From an uncultured bacterium (GTDB lineage: Bacteria > Verrucomicrobiota > Kiritimatiellia > CAIKKV01 > CALHGX01), in NCBI GenBank assembly GCA_938031185.1, contig CALHGX010000009.1, positions 106,837 through 170,836 on the forward strand: DNA of 64,000 nt, in the 5' to 3' direction. The notes beneath the pieces were generated by a model. That model was not told the DNA's origin, did not search any database, and worked only from the letters and a program-made list of their open reading frames with translations. A program made the translations under genes and the position numbers. The stretch's first letter is position 1; every line of letters begins with the position of its first letter. Shown piece after piece: positions 47,300 through 57,597 of this stretch.

Positions 47300-48352
47300 T
47301 TACGCTCCTCCGCGGCCCATCACCCGCTCACGCCACTGCAAGGCCGGCTTTTCAACCAAAATGTACATCATGCATCCGAACAGCACCGTCAACAGGAAAT
47401 AGTAAGTGTAGCCCCACCAGCCCCTCATCAACGGGTTTGTCGTAATGTACATCACATGGTTGTACAGATAAATGGAGTAGCTGGCGGCGCCGAGGATCGC
47501 CAATGGCTCAAACAGCGTGCGCCAGCCTTTGCTCCAGTTCCGATCCAACGCGATCACCATCAAACTCAGCAGGCCTCCGAGAACAATATCATACACTTTG
47601 TGGCTCCGGACATGCAGACGCGAGAAGAACGGCGACCATAGCGACAGGCCAACCACCACCGCCAGCCAGGCCATCACCACCCACCACCGTCGGAACCAGC
47701 CGCGCAGTGTGTCGCGATACCGGGCCAGCAGCATGCCCCAGATAACCAACGGCACATAGGACAGCACGCTGTAAGTCAGAATCTGTGGATGAGGCACATA
47801 TCGCCGCCCATACACGTTGACCCACCAGCTCAAAACGGCGGCCGCCAACAGCGTGAGCCACGGACGCTTTCGCGCTGCCAGGAACAGCAACGGCATTACC
47901 GCATAGAACTGCACCTGCGGCCCCATGAACCACAACACCCCCGACACGGTATAGAAAGTGGACGGATGCAGATTGTGGACAAACACCATGTGCGTCACGA
48001 CGTCCACGATACCGGCGCTGGTTCGAATCCCCCCGAGGTTCACCTTGGCCTCAAGGAAACACCATACCGCGATCGCCACATAGTAGGCCGGCAGGATGCG
48101 CCACAAACGGCTGGCGAGGTAGCGGCGATAGTCTACCCCTCCCGCGGCGGCCGCCTTAGCCAGCGAGAGCGCCATGCAGTACCCCGACAGCACAAAAAAC
48201 ACTTCCACCCCGACGTACCCAAGCCGAATCAATCGGTTGAACTCAAACCCGTGCCAGCCCCAGGAGGGCAGGCCGATGTACGTGGAGAGATGATACAGGG
48301 TCACCACCACGATGGCCCAGGCCCGCGTCAAATCAATGTGTAGCGATCGCAT
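47300..48352 (-). CDS. Acyltransferase family 3 (AT3/OafA-like) integral membrane O-acyltransferase
   Basis: Internal start MRSLHIDLTRAWAIVVVTLYHL... (the exact start is ~48350-48353; hand line-reading and frame arithmetic disagree by 1 nt). About 10 TM helices. The upstream 194 codons of ORF 47300..48934 look non-coding. Confidence 0.75.
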   Translation of the reverse strand: MRSLHIDLTRAWAIVVVTLYHLSTYIGLPSWGWHGFEFNRLIRLGYVGVEVFFVLSGYCMALSLAKAAAAGGVDYRRYLASRLWRILPAYYVAIAVWCFLEAKVNLGGIRTSAGIVDVVTHMVFVHNLHPSTFYTVSGVLWFMGPQVQFYAVMPLLFLAARKRPWLTLLAAAVLSWWVNVYGRRYVPHPQILTYSVLSYVPLVIWGMLLARYRDTLRGWFRRWWVVMAWLAVVVGLSLWSPFFSRLHVRSHKVYDIVLGGLLSLMVIALDRNWSKGWRTLFEPLAILGAASYSIYLYNHVMYITTNPLMRGWWGYTYYFLLTVLFGCMMYILVEKPALQWRERVMGRGGA

Positions 48353-48644
48353 ATGCCCTCCTGACGGCGCTGTCGGTTCGGGGATCTCAAGCGACGACCG
48401 TGCCAACTGTGGTGCTCCATCCGTATTTGCGCTCTCGGCGCAGAGTCGAGCCGCTTCAGGAAGCGTTTTCGGCCGCTCACAGAGCCTCCCACAAGAACAA
48501 GGCGTCTTGACCCGCATACTCCAGAATACACATCGCCAGCCAATTGCATTTCGCCGTATGCGCTCTCGTGGCTTCCCGCTGGTCCTCCATGTTTTGGTCT
48601 CGCCAACAACGCCGACAATCTGAAACAATCCAGGAGAGGCAGTC

Positions 48645-49949
48645 ATGCGGCGCATTCCGAATTGGCGGAACGGACGGAACATTACTCCGCAACGCGTGGG
48701 ATTTGTTTCCACACGTTTTGCGGGCACCGACGGCGTTTCCCTCGAGTCCGCCAAATGGGCGGAAGTGCTGCGCCAGGACTCCCATGATTGCTTCTGGTAC
48801 GCTGGACGCCATGATCGCGCCGATGCCGAAAGCTTCTGCGTTCCCGAGGCTTTTTTCGGGCATCCCGAAAATGTCTGGATCAACGAACGGATCTGGGGGT
48901 GTACGGCCCGGTCGCCGCTGGTGACGAGGCGCATCCTCGAAATGGCCGACTATCTCAAGCACACATTGTACGAGTTCGTTGCCTGGTTCGACCCTACCCT
49001 GTTGGTGTTCGAGAATGTCCTTTCCATCCCGATGCACGTCCCCCTGGGCATCGCCGCTACGCATTTTCTTTCCGAAACCCATCTGCCGGCTATTGCTCAC
49101 CATCACGATTTTTTCTGGGAACGCACCCGTTTTTCTGTCAACGGCGTAAACGATTTCCTCGACATGGCGTTCCCGCCCCGCGACCGCGATTTGCGCCATG
49201 TGGTCATCAACCAGACGGCGCAGGAAGATCTCGCCCACCGGCGTGGCGTCGCCTCCCATCTCATTCCAAATGTGCTCGATTTCGATCATCCGCCCGAACC
49301 CATGGACGACTATGCACGGGACGCTCGCGCGGCGATCGGCTTGGATCCGCAGGACATAATGATCCTGCAGCCGACGCGCGTGGTCCCTCGCAAGGGCATC
49401 GAATGGGCCATCCAACTCGTGCGGATGCTCGGCAATCCCCGCTACAAACTTGTGGTTTCACATGAATCCGGAGACGAAGGCGACCTGTACGCTGAAGCCC
49501 TGCTCCATATGGCCCGGCAATCCGGGGTTGACCTCCGTTTCTTTTCGGCTCGCGTGGCTGGCGCTCGAGGGATCGCCCGTGACGGCTCCAAAATCTACAG
49601 TCTGGGCGATATCTATCGCCACGCGGCCCTGGTCACCTATCCCAGTCTTTACGAGGGCTTCGGCAATGCCTTTCTCGAAGCTGTCTACTACAAAGTACCG
49701 GTGCTGGTGAACCGTTACGCCATCTTCGGGCGGGATATTGAGCCTAAAGGCTTCCGCTGCCCCATCATGGAGGGGTTTCTCACGGAACAGGTCGTGGCGG
49801 AAGTGCGTCGTGTGCTGGAAGACGAACCCTATCGCCGCCAGATGGTGGAGCACAATTATTGCGTTGCGGCCCGGCACTACGGTCACGCCGAACTTCGACG
49901 ATGTCTCCGCTCGCTGCTGCTCGAAATGGAGGGCACCCAGTCCGTATGA
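48645..49949 (+). CDS. GT4 family (retaining, group 1) glycosyltransferase
   Basis: C-terminal YPSLYEGFGNAFLEAV EX7E motif with a GT-B fold layout. 434 aa. Confidence 0.8.
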   Translation: MRRIPNWRNGRNITPQRVGFVSTRFAGTDGVSLESAKWAEVLRQDSHDCFWYAGRHDRADAESFCVPEAFFGHPENVWINERIWGCTARSPLVTRRILEMADYLKHTLYEFVAWFDPTLLVFENVLSIPMHVPLGIAATHFLSETHLPAIAHHHDFFWERTRFSVNGVNDFLDMAFPPRDRDLRHVVINQTAQEDLAHRRGVASHLIPNVLDFDHPPEPMDDYARDARAAIGLDPQDIMILQPTRVVPRKGIEWAIQLVRMLGNPRYKLVVSHESGDEGDLYAEALLHMARQSGVDLRFFSARVAGARGIARDGSKIYSLGDIYRHAALVTYPSLYEGFGNAFLEAVYYKVPVLVNRYAIFGRDIEPKGFRCPIMEGFLTEQVVAEVRRVLEDEPYRRQMVEHNYCVAARHYGHAELRRCLRSLLLEMEGTQSV

Positions 49950-51667
49950 ATCCATGGCTGCATCGGCTGTCCACCACCAATGTGCCTGCCCGGCTCGCCC
50001 GCCTGTATGGCAACCGCGCCAACTCCTGCCTGCGGCGCATGACCATGCTGGTCGGCCGTTATGGTCTGGGCGCAGAACCGCCGCCTGCGCCAGCACAACC
50101 CCGATTCAGCGAGCGGGATGCCATCCTGATCGTGTACGGCGACCACGTTCAGGCCCCCCCAGAAAAGCCGCTCGCCGTCCTCGCGCGTTTCCTGGAACAA
50201 CATGCCGCCCCCTTCAACATCCTGCACCTGCTGCCCTTCTTCCCTTATTCCTCCGACGACGGCTTCTCCGTGATTCACTTCCGAACAGTTCGACCGGACC
50301 TCGGAACGTGGTCCGATGTGCAACGGCTGGCCGCCCCCCGCCTCTTAATGGTGGACCTCGTGCTCAATCATTTGTCCTCTCGCAGCAACTGGTTTAATGA
50401 TTTCCTCGGAGATATTGCTCCGGCACGCGACTATATTCTTACGGTGCCGCCCGAGACCGACTTGCATTCCGTTTTCCGCCCCCGCACCCATCCCCTGTTG
50501 ACCCCCTTCCGGACGGCCACGGGGGCCATACGCCATGTGTGGACCACGTTCAGCCCGGATCAGGTCGACCTCGACTACCGTAATCCGGATGTTCTTTTCG
50601 AGATGCTGGACATCCTGCTTTTCTACGTTTCCATGGGCGCCCGCTGGATACGGCTGGACGCCGTGGCCTACCTTTGGAAAACCATTGGCACAGATTGTCT
50701 CCATCGCCCCCAAACGCATGAGATCGTCAAACTGATGCGCGACCTCCTTTCCCTCGTGGCGCCAGACACCCTTCTGATCACCGAAACCAACGTCCCTCAC
50801 AAGGACAACGTTTCTTACTTTGGAGAGGGGGATGAGGCCCATCTGGTCTATCAGTTCCCGTTGCCGCCCTTGCTTTTGCTGGCCTTTGCCCAAGGTGACG
50901 CGTCGCGCTTGAGTCAGTGGGTCGCCGCGCTGCAACCGCCGCCCGCGGGTTGCACCTTTCTCAACTTTACGGCCTCGCATGACGGCATCGGCTTGCAGCC
51001 TCTTCGCGGTCTGGCCGGCGACGCCGAACGCACGGCCCTCCTTGATCATGTGCGCGCCGCCGGGGGATGCATCTCGCTCACGCGCGAACCCGATGGGATC
51101 GAAACGCCTTATGAGGCCAACATCACATGGTTCGCGGCGCTGCGAAGCCATGGCCACGGCTCCGAAGAGGCCTCTCTCAAGCGGTTCCTTTGCTCACAAG
51201 CAATTTGCTTCGCCCTTCAAGGCGTACCGGCCGTGTACTTCGGCGCATGGGTGGCCGCCGACAACGATGCGAACGGCATGAAGACCTCCGGCCACGCTCG
51301 AGCCATCAACCGCCATAAGTGGCGAGAAGAGGAACTGGAAACGCTGCTGACCGATCCCGACTCCACTACGAGCGGGGCGCTCCACGGCATCAATCGCCTC
51401 CTTCTGGCACGGGCCTCTCACGACGCCTTCCATCCTGAAGCTCAACAAGAGGTGCTCCATTTGGACCGGCGCGTATTCGCCGTCGCCAGAACTTCCAAGG
51501 CCGGAGATCGCGTGCTCTGTCTGCACAACGTGACCGGCGAAACCGTGCGAATAGACCTGCCCCAAGGGCAAACGGGAGTTCGCAACCTGATTGCCGACGG
51601 CTATGCCCCCTCGCGGGAAGTGCGCCTAAATGCCTACGAGGCCGCGTGGCTCGCGCTTGGAGGCTGA
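49946..51667 (+). CDS. GH13 sucrose-phosphorylase-like glycoside phosphorylase (GH13_18-type)
   Basis: ATG at 49946 overlaps the upstream TGA (ATGA). LPFFPYSSDDGFSVIHFRTV, RLLMVDLVLNHLS, WIRLDAVAYLWK (catalytic Asp), ITETNVPH (Glu), FTASHDGIG. Confidence 0.85.
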   Translation: MNPWLHRLSTTNVPARLARLYGNRANSCLRRMTMLVGRYGLGAEPPPAPAQPRFSERDAILIVYGDHVQAPPEKPLAVLARFLEQHAAPFNILHLLPFFPYSSDDGFSVIHFRTVRPDLGTWSDVQRLAAPRLLMVDLVLNHLSSRSNWFNDFLGDIAPARDYILTVPPETDLHSVFRPRTHPLLTPFRTATGAIRHVWTTFSPDQVDLDYRNPDVLFEMLDILLFYVSMGARWIRLDAVAYLWKTIGTDCLHRPQTHEIVKLMRDLLSLVAPDTLLITETNVPHKDNVSYFGEGDEAHLVYQFPLPPLLLLAFAQGDASRLSQWVAALQPPPAGCTFLNFTASHDGIGLQPLRGLAGDAERTALLDHVRAAGGCISLTREPDGIETPYEANITWFAALRSHGHGSEEASLKRFLCSQAICFALQGVPAVYFGAWVAADNDANGMKTSGHARAINRHKWREEELETLLTDPDSTTSGALHGINRLLLARASHDAFHPEAQQEVLHLDRRVFAVARTSKAGDRVLCLHNVTGETVRIDLPQGQTGVRNLIADGYAPSREVRLNAYEAAWLALGG

Positions 51668-52770
51668 CGCCCAAACGCCATATTCTCTTTGAATCGTGCC
51701 GCTTCCAATGTCTGCAGGAACCGGGCGGCGCTCTCTGCCAGCGAATACTCCGAGGCCACGAGACGCTGGGCCGCCAATCCCATGGCCCGGCGGCGGAACG
51801 GATCATGGATCAGCGCCGCCAAAGCCTCAGCCAACGCCAAACTGTTGCCGGGCTCCGTCAGCAACGCCGTCTCGCCCTCGCGGCAATACTCGGGTATGCC
51901 GCCGACCCGCGAAGCCACCAAAGGCAGTCCGGCAGCGGCGCCCTCGAGAATCACGTATCCCGACCCTTCGCTGCGGGAAGGTAGCGCCACCAGGTCCGAG
52001 GCTCGAAGCCACGGCCTCACGTCATCCTGGAAACCCGCAAAATCCACATGACGTCTCACGCCCAAATCGGACGCCATCGCCTTGTAGTCCACCCGACTGG
52101 CGTCGCCGACCAGCAAAAGCCGCGGGCCTTCTCCGCAACGCTGGAGCACGATGCGCCAGGCTTCCAGCAAAACATCGGTCCCCTTGATGGGGGCTAGGCG
52201 CCCCACGTAAACCACTCGACAACGGCTTGAAGGCAAGCCTTGCGCTTCTGGTCCATCCGCGTAGCGTTCCACACGGATGCCATGCCGCAAGACAACCACC
52301 TGCTGCTCCCGCAAGTATCCACCCCCCGCTCGAAGCATATCTTGGCGCACGGCTTCAGACGGAACGAGAACGCCGTCGATCAGGTGACGAACGGTGAGCA
52401 GGTTGATCCGACTCGGCCGCAAATCCCCCAAGGCGCCTCGCCGTACCCACAAAGAACACCGCCGGCCGGCACGCGCCAGTGCCGCCACTCGAACTTCCTT
52501 GTAGTTCTTGGCGCAAACCGCCTGCACGCCATGCCGCCGCATCCACGCCGCAAGCCGAATTGCCGCCACAACTTCGAATCCTGCCACGATCCGAAGCGGC
52601 AACGTGGGGAAGCCCATGGCTCGTGCCTGACAAAGGAATCCGCTCTGCCTTCGCCCGCCCATGGCCGCCCAGTGTCCCGCGCGAACCAATTCGGCGCCCA
52701 TATTGAGCATCCAGCGTTCCACGCCATAGACGCCGACGGCGGCGTTCATGTTCAGGAACAAAACGCGCAT
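51634..52770 (-). CDS. GT4 family glycosyltransferase (group 1)
   Basis: Internal start MRVLFLNMNAAVG.... C-terminal PSRSEGSGYVILEGAAAGLPLVASRVGGIPE. Confidence 0.8.
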   Translation of the reverse strand: MRVLFLNMNAAVGVYGVERWMLNMGAELVRAGHWAAMGGRRQSGFLCQARAMGFPTLPLRIVAGFEVVAAIRLAAWMRRHGVQAVCAKNYKEVRVAALARAGRRCSLWVRRGALGDLRPSRINLLTVRHLIDGVLVPSEAVRQDMLRAGGGYLREQQVVVLRHGIRVERYADGPEAQGLPSSRCRVVYVGRLAPIKGTDVLLEAWRIVLQRCGEGPRLLLVGDASRVDYKAMASDLGVRRHVDFAGFQDDVRPWLRASDLVALPSRSEGSGYVILEGAAAGLPLVASRVGGIPEYCREGETALLTEPGNSLALAEALAALIHDPFRRRAMGLAAQRLVASEYSLAESAARFLQTLEAARFKENMAFGRQPPSASHAAS

Positions 52771-52850
52771 CACCCACCCCCCTTGCCGGCGATATTCGCA
52801 AGGACAACCAGGTGCGCTTCGACCGCCGTCGTCCACGGCCGTGCCGGTGC

Positions 52851-53405
52851 TCAACACGGCAAGTCGGATGAAAGGACTTCATCCAACAACGGCAGCGCCG
52901 CGTCCTTACGGGAAAGAATCGGTTGCGAGAGCGGCCACACGATGCCGATGCGCGGATCGGACCACCGCACCCCCCGCTCGCTCGCCGGGTCATAGTAGTC
53001 GGAGCACTTGTAGGCGACGTCCGCGGCGTCGCTCAACACACAAAACCCGTGAGCAAACCCCGCCGGAATGAAAAGCTGGCAGCGGTTTTCCTCCGACAAC
53101 ACTCGTCCCGTCCATCGTCCGAACGTGGGAGAATCCCGGCGCAGATCCACGGCTACATCGAAAATTTCGCCCCAGATCACTGAGACCAATTTGGCCTGTG
53201 CCCGCTGCGCCTGATAGTGCAGCCCGCGCAGCACACCTCGGCGCGAATGCGAATAATTATCCTGCACAAAGCGACAGGTGAGCCCCAGTTGCCGGTACCT
53301 TTCCTCGTGAAACGTCTCCATGAACAAGCCACGCTCATCCTCGAAAACATCAGGCCGAAACAACCACACATCCGGCAAGTCCGTCGCTTCTCGCGTAAGG
53401 GGCAT
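52851..53405 (-). CDS. rmlC: dTDP-4-dehydrorhamnose 3,5-epimerase
   Basis: FEDERGLFMETF...GVLRGLHYQ...KLVSVIWGEIFDVAVDLRRDSPTFGRW. Confidence 0.9.
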   Translation of the reverse strand: MPLTREATDLPDVWLFRPDVFEDERGLFMETFHEERYRQLGLTCRFVQDNYSHSRRGVLRGLHYQAQRAQAKLVSVIWGEIFDVAVDLRRDSPTFGRWTGRVLSEENRCQLFIPAGFAHGFCVLSDAADVAYKCSDYYDPASERGVRWSDPRIGIVWPLSQPILSRKDAALPLLDEVLSSDLPC

Positions 53406-53411
53406 GGCTAT

Positions 53412-54284
53412 TCAAATCTCCTCGCGGGCCATCCGCTGCAAATAGGCGCCGTACTCGCTCCGGGCCATGGCCGCCCCCATCCGTTCCAACTCCTCTTTGC
53501 CGACATACCCCAAACGATAGGCCAGTTCCTCCACACAGGCGATCTTCAGACCCTGCCGCTGCTCAATGGTTTGCACGAAGTTCGCCGCCTGCAACAAGGA
53601 CTCGTGTGTCCCCGTGTCAAACCACGCTATTCCCCGTCCGATCCGCTCAACCCGCAATGCGCCCCTTCTCAAATAGTCCAGGTTCAAATCCGTGATCTCC
53701 AGTTCACCCCGTGCCGAAGGCTTCAACTTGGCGGCCACATCCGCCACTCCGCTGTCGTAAAAGTAGAGGCCCGGCACTGCGTAACGCGACCGGGGTTTTT
53801 GCGGCTTCTCTTCGATGCTCACCGCGCGGCCCGACGCATCGAACTGCACCACCCCGTAACGCTCCGGGTCCGTCACCGGATAGCCGAAAATCAAACCGCC
53901 TTCTCGCAATCGGCCCGCCTCGCGCAGCAGTTCGCGCAGCCCCTGCCCATAGAAGATGTTGTCCCCCAAAATCAACCCGACGGGTTCCGAGCCAATGAAG
54001 TCGCGCCCGATAAGAAAAGCCTGCGCCAACCCCTCCGGTCGCGGCTGCTCGGCATATTGAAACCGCAAACCCCATTGTTCGCCTCCGCCCAGCAACCGCC
54101 GAAACAGCGGCAGGTCCTCCGGAGTGGAAATGACCAGGATGTCCCGTATGCCCGCCAGCATGAGCACGGACAACGGATAGTACACCATCGGCTTGTCATA
54201 AACCGGCAACAACTGCTTGCTCACCACACGTGTGATCGGATGCAAACGCGTGCCGGCGCCACCCGCCAGAATGATCCCTTTCAT
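53412..54284 (-). CDS. rmlA: Glucose-1-phosphate thymidylyltransferase
   Basis: [33 protein letters not shown]... is a near-canonical RmlA N-terminus. Confidence 0.95.
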   Translation of the reverse strand: MKGIILAGGAGTRLHPITRVVSKQLLPVYDKPMVYYPLSVLMLAGIRDILVISTPEDLPLFRRLLGGGEQWGLRFQYAEQPRPEGLAQAFLIGRDFIGSEPVGLILGDNIFYGQGLRELLREAGRLREGGLIFGYPVTDPERYGVVQFDASGRAVSIEEKPQKPRSRYAVPGLYFYDSGVADVAAKLKPSARGELEITDLNLDYLRRGALRVERIGRGIAWFDTGTHESLLQAANFVQTIEQRQGLKIACVEELAYRLGYVGKEELERMGAAMARSEYGAYLQRMAREEI

Positions 54285-54299
54285 CCCCCTCGCCCTTTC

Positions 54300-55349
54300 T
54301 CAACCGTAGTGCTCTTTGATCCACTGCCGGTACGCGCCCGTGCGAACCTGTTCCACCCAGTCGTTCCGCGTCCGATACCACTCCACCGTTTTCCTCAATC
54401 CGCTGGCGAACGACTCTCGCGGACGCCACCCGAGTTCCGTTTCGATCCGCGTCGTGTCGATCGCGTAACGCCGGTCATGGCCGGGTCTGTCTTTCACAAA
54501 CGTGATTAGCGCACGCCGGGGCCCGGATGGCAAAGGGGCGCACACTTCGTCCACCAAATCGCAAATCATCTCGACCACCCGCAGGTTCTCCATCTCGTTG
54601 CGGCCGCCAATATTGTATGTCCGGCCCTCCTGCCCCTTGCGCAGCACAAGCCACAGCGCTTCGCAATGATCACGCACATAAAGCCAGTCTCGAACATGCC
54701 GCCCATCCCCGTAAACCGGAAGCGATCGTCCCTCCATGGCGTTCAATATCATGAGCGGCACCAACTTCTCGGGGAACTGATACGGCCCATAATTGTTGGA
54801 GCAGTTCGAGAGCGTGACCGGCAGACCATATGTGGCGTGATAAGCTCGCACCAAATGGTCAGACGCGGCTTTCGATGCCGAATAGGGACTGTTCGGCCGA
54901 TATGGCGTGTCTTCCGTAAAAAGTCCCGTCGGCCCCAGCGAGCCGAACACTTCATCCGTGCTCACGTGATGAAAACGGCCAATGCGATCCCGGCGTTCAC
55001 GAACCAGTTCAAGCAACGTGTACGCGCCCACGATATTCGTCTGAATGAATTGCTGCGGCCGCACAATCGAACGATCCACATGCGACTCCGCGGCCAAATG
55101 GCATACGGCATCCACCTGTTGCTCATCCATCAGCGCCCCCATGGCCTCACGGTCGCTGATGTCCGCCTTCACAAACAGGTACCGGTCGCCGTGCCGGATG
55201 GCTACGTCAGACAAACTCAACGGGTTGGCCGCATAGGTCAGGCAATCGGCATTGACGATCCGCCCCGCAAAGTCGCTCTCGTCCAGCAGGTATCGAATGA
55301 AGTTCACCCCGATAAACCCGCATCCCCCCGTCACTAGAAGCGTCTTCAT
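54300..55349 (-). CDS. rmlB: dTDP-glucose 4,6-dehydratase
   Basis: MKTLLVTGGCGFIGVNF..., YSASKAASDHLVRAY, extended SDR. Confidence 0.95.
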   Translation of the reverse strand: MKTLLVTGGCGFIGVNFIRYLLDESDFAGRIVNADCLTYAANPLSLSDVAIRHGDRYLFVKADISDREAMGALMDEQQVDAVCHLAAESHVDRSIVRPQQFIQTNIVGAYTLLELVRERRDRIGRFHHVSTDEVFGSLGPTGLFTEDTPYRPNSPYSASKAASDHLVRAYHATYGLPVTLSNCSNNYGPYQFPEKLVPLMILNAMEGRSLPVYGDGRHVRDWLYVRDHCEALWLVLRKGQEGRTYNIGGRNEMENLRVVEMICDLVDEVCAPLPSGPRRALITFVKDRPGHDRRYAIDTTRIETELGWRPRESFASGLRKTVEWYRTRNDWVEQVRTGAYRQWIKEHYG

Positions 55350-55400
55350 CGCGGTCTACTTTCAGCAGCGAAATATGGCCTTGTCAACCACGCATTTGAC

Positions 55401-57245
55401 TTGGCAGAAAATGACGCTTTACCTGTCTTGCCGACTTGCGAACCGGCTCTGTATACTGGCCGCGAAATGCCCGTGGCAACATTGGCGCTCCTCGGCGGCC
55501 TCATCGGCCTTGCATGGTTTGGGGCCGGCCTCGTCCCCGGCGCGGTGGCGCCCATGGCCGCACTTTGGTGGGCTTGCGCCGGCTGGCTGCACCTGCGACA
55601 ATCACCACCCACCGAAAAGGCCCCGCCGCCCTTTCCCCGCCCATCGCTCTTCGCTACGCTATGGGTGTTCTACCTTTTCTTTATGCTGTGCCCTCTGCCG
55701 TATTTTTTCTCGGCATGGATGGGCCCCCTCCGCCATAGCCAGCATATGGCGGTGCGCGACGCCCTCGCGGATGCCGCCCGCCTGGGCTGGCTGAACGAGA
55801 GCCAACCCTGGTTCGCCCTGACAAGGAACCGCGCCGGCACTTTTCGCGTGCTATTGCTGACGCTGGCCGCCTTCGGCGCCGGCACCCTCGTTCGCGGGCT
55901 CTCCTCGTCATGGCGTCGGCGTGTGATTCGCGTGCTGCTGCTGTTGGGCGCAGCCGTCGGCATATTGGGGTACTTGGGCCAATGGGTTTTCAAGCAGGGA
56001 TTCACGCTCTGGTGGTATTTCCCCGTTCCGCCAATCCTGCCCGGCCCGGTGGGCGGATTCATCAACCGCAATCACTTCGGCGGATTTCTCGCCCTCCTGT
56101 GCCCGATGGCCATTGGCCTTATGGCGGATGACTGGGCCGCCCGTCGGCGCGGAGCGGTGCTGCTGGATGTGGCGTGCCTGGGGGCCATGGTCTACGCGCT
56201 GGCATGGTCGCTTTCCCGCGGCGCTTGGCTGGCATTTGCAGGCGGCGTCCTTGTCGCCCTTTTCCGGCTCGAGCGCCGTCGTGTCGCACCGCTTCTAGCC
56301 ATCATCAGCGTGCTCGTCTTGCTCGGGCTGACGCTGGTCCGGTTGCCCGCCTTCCCCGTACTGCGTCAGCGTATTGAGACCCTCCGAGCCCCGTTGGATT
56401 CCACCAGCGCGGAAAAGCGCCTGAACGCGTGGCGCGAGATCCCTCGCATTTGGCTCGATTATCCCGTCGTCGGCATCGGTCCCAACGCCCTGCGCATGAT
56501 ATATCCTCAATACCGCTGGACCACCTCCGGTCAGTGGCTCGTTCACGCCGAAAACCACTACATCGAATGGGCCGTGGACACGGGGCTGGTTGGTACGATC
56601 GTGCTCGCCCTCATGGGGATCAGCCTGGCTCTGACCATCCGCCATGCGGGCGGGCCGCCTCTGGCCAATCGAGGCGTTGTGGCCGGCAGCGCCGGAGCCG
56701 TGACGGTGGCCGCCTTGCATGCCGCCGTGGACTTCGCCCTGTTGGTGCCGCTTTATGCCACAGCGCTGGCCATCCTGATCGCGGTACGGCTTCCTCCGCT
56801 CAGAGCGACGACCGATCGTCCATGGACCGCGGGACGAACCAGCGCCATCCCCTCCCTGGCGGCTTTGCTGATCGCCGTGACACTCCATTTTCGGCCGGGA
56901 GGCGCGGTTCATCAGATGGATGCCCACGAATTCCTCCAGCAGGCCGATCCACCAGCCTTACGGACGGCGCTCGTTTGGGCCCCCACTTCATGGCACGCAT
57001 GGTACTACCTCGGAAGGGCCGCCTGCGAAGAGGCCGTGCGGCGAAACGATATCCGCCTTTCCGCCTTCGGCGAGGAATGCGTCACGCAAGCCGCCGCGTA
57101 CGATCCGAACAACTATCGCCTGTGGCATGAACTGGGGATCCTGCGCATGAATATGGGCCTCCGCCGTCAAGCCAGCGAAGCATTCCGCCGGGCCCAAAGC
57201 CTTCGCCCATGGATGACGCCCCCCCCGGAATGGAAGGACAACTGA
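55401..57245 (+). CDS. O-antigen ligase (Wzy_C/WaaL-like) family membrane protein with a C-terminal TPR-like region
   Basis: Polytopic protein with an O-antigen ligase-type loop (WSLSRGAWLA..., NAWRE, GIGPNA, HAENHYIEW). The C-terminal ~120 aa are soluble and helical. Confidence 0.75.
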   Translation: MAENDALPVLPTCEPALYTGREMPVATLALLGGLIGLAWFGAGLVPGAVAPMAALWWACAGWLHLRQSPPTEKAPPPFPRPSLFATLWVFYLFFMLCPLPYFFSAWMGPLRHSQHMAVRDALADAARLGWLNESQPWFALTRNRAGTFRVLLLTLAAFGAGTLVRGLSSSWRRRVIRVLLLLGAAVGILGYLGQWVFKQGFTLWWYFPVPPILPGPVGGFINRNHFGGFLALLCPMAIGLMADDWAARRRGAVLLDVACLGAMVYALAWSLSRGAWLAFAGGVLVALFRLERRRVAPLLAIISVLVLLGLTLVRLPAFPVLRQRIETLRAPLDSTSAEKRLNAWREIPRIWLDYPVVGIGPNALRMIYPQYRWTTSGQWLVHAENHYIEWAVDTGLVGTIVLALMGISLALTIRHAGGPPLANRGVVAGSAGAVTVAALHAAVDFALLVPLYATALAILIAVRLPPLRATTDRPWTAGRTSAIPSLAALLIAVTLHFRPGGAVHQMDAHEFLQQADPPALRTALVWAPTSWHAWYYLGRAACEEAVRRNDIRLSAFGEECVTQAAAYDPNNYRLWHELGILRMNMGLRRQASEAFRRAQSLRPWMTPPPEWKDN

Positions 57246-57246
57246 C

Positions 57247-57597
57247 GTGGCCGACGCCAACCACTTGTTGATCGGGGCCCTCGGGCCTTTCCTCCTGGCG
57301 CTGTTGCTCTACACGCTGCGAGGCGGCCGGGCGCCGCTCTGGCTGCTTATCGCCGCGCCGCTGTTGATGGCCCTCGGCGCACTATGGGCCGTTGCCCCCG
57401 ACCTCCCTCGTCTGTTCGGGTATCACGACCTGTACATGCGCTGGGCGTTCGACCCGCGCATGAACATCTTTTTCTGGCACTACAGCATTGATCAAAGGGA
57501 AACGGATCCCCCCTGGTATGCCGCCGGGTTGGTGCTCATGGCCGCCGCCCTGCTGGCCGCCGCATGGAATGAGCTTCGCCGGGAGGAACATGGCTGA
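57247..57597 (+). CDS. Small hypothetical membrane protein (116 aa)
   Basis: GTG start immediately after the ligase stop. Three predicted TM helices. Confidence 0.45.
   Translation: MADANHLLIGALGPFLLALLLYTLRGGRAPLWLLIAAPLLMALGALWAVAPDLPRLFGYHDLYMRWAFDPRMNIFFWHYSIDQRETDPPWYAAGLVLMAAALLAAAWNELRREEHG

Noticed and set aside
48353-48934. Upstream 194 codons of ORF 47300..48934
   Set aside because: The translation is hydrophilic and Arg/Ser-rich, with no similarity to AT3 proteins. The membrane domain starts at the internal Met.
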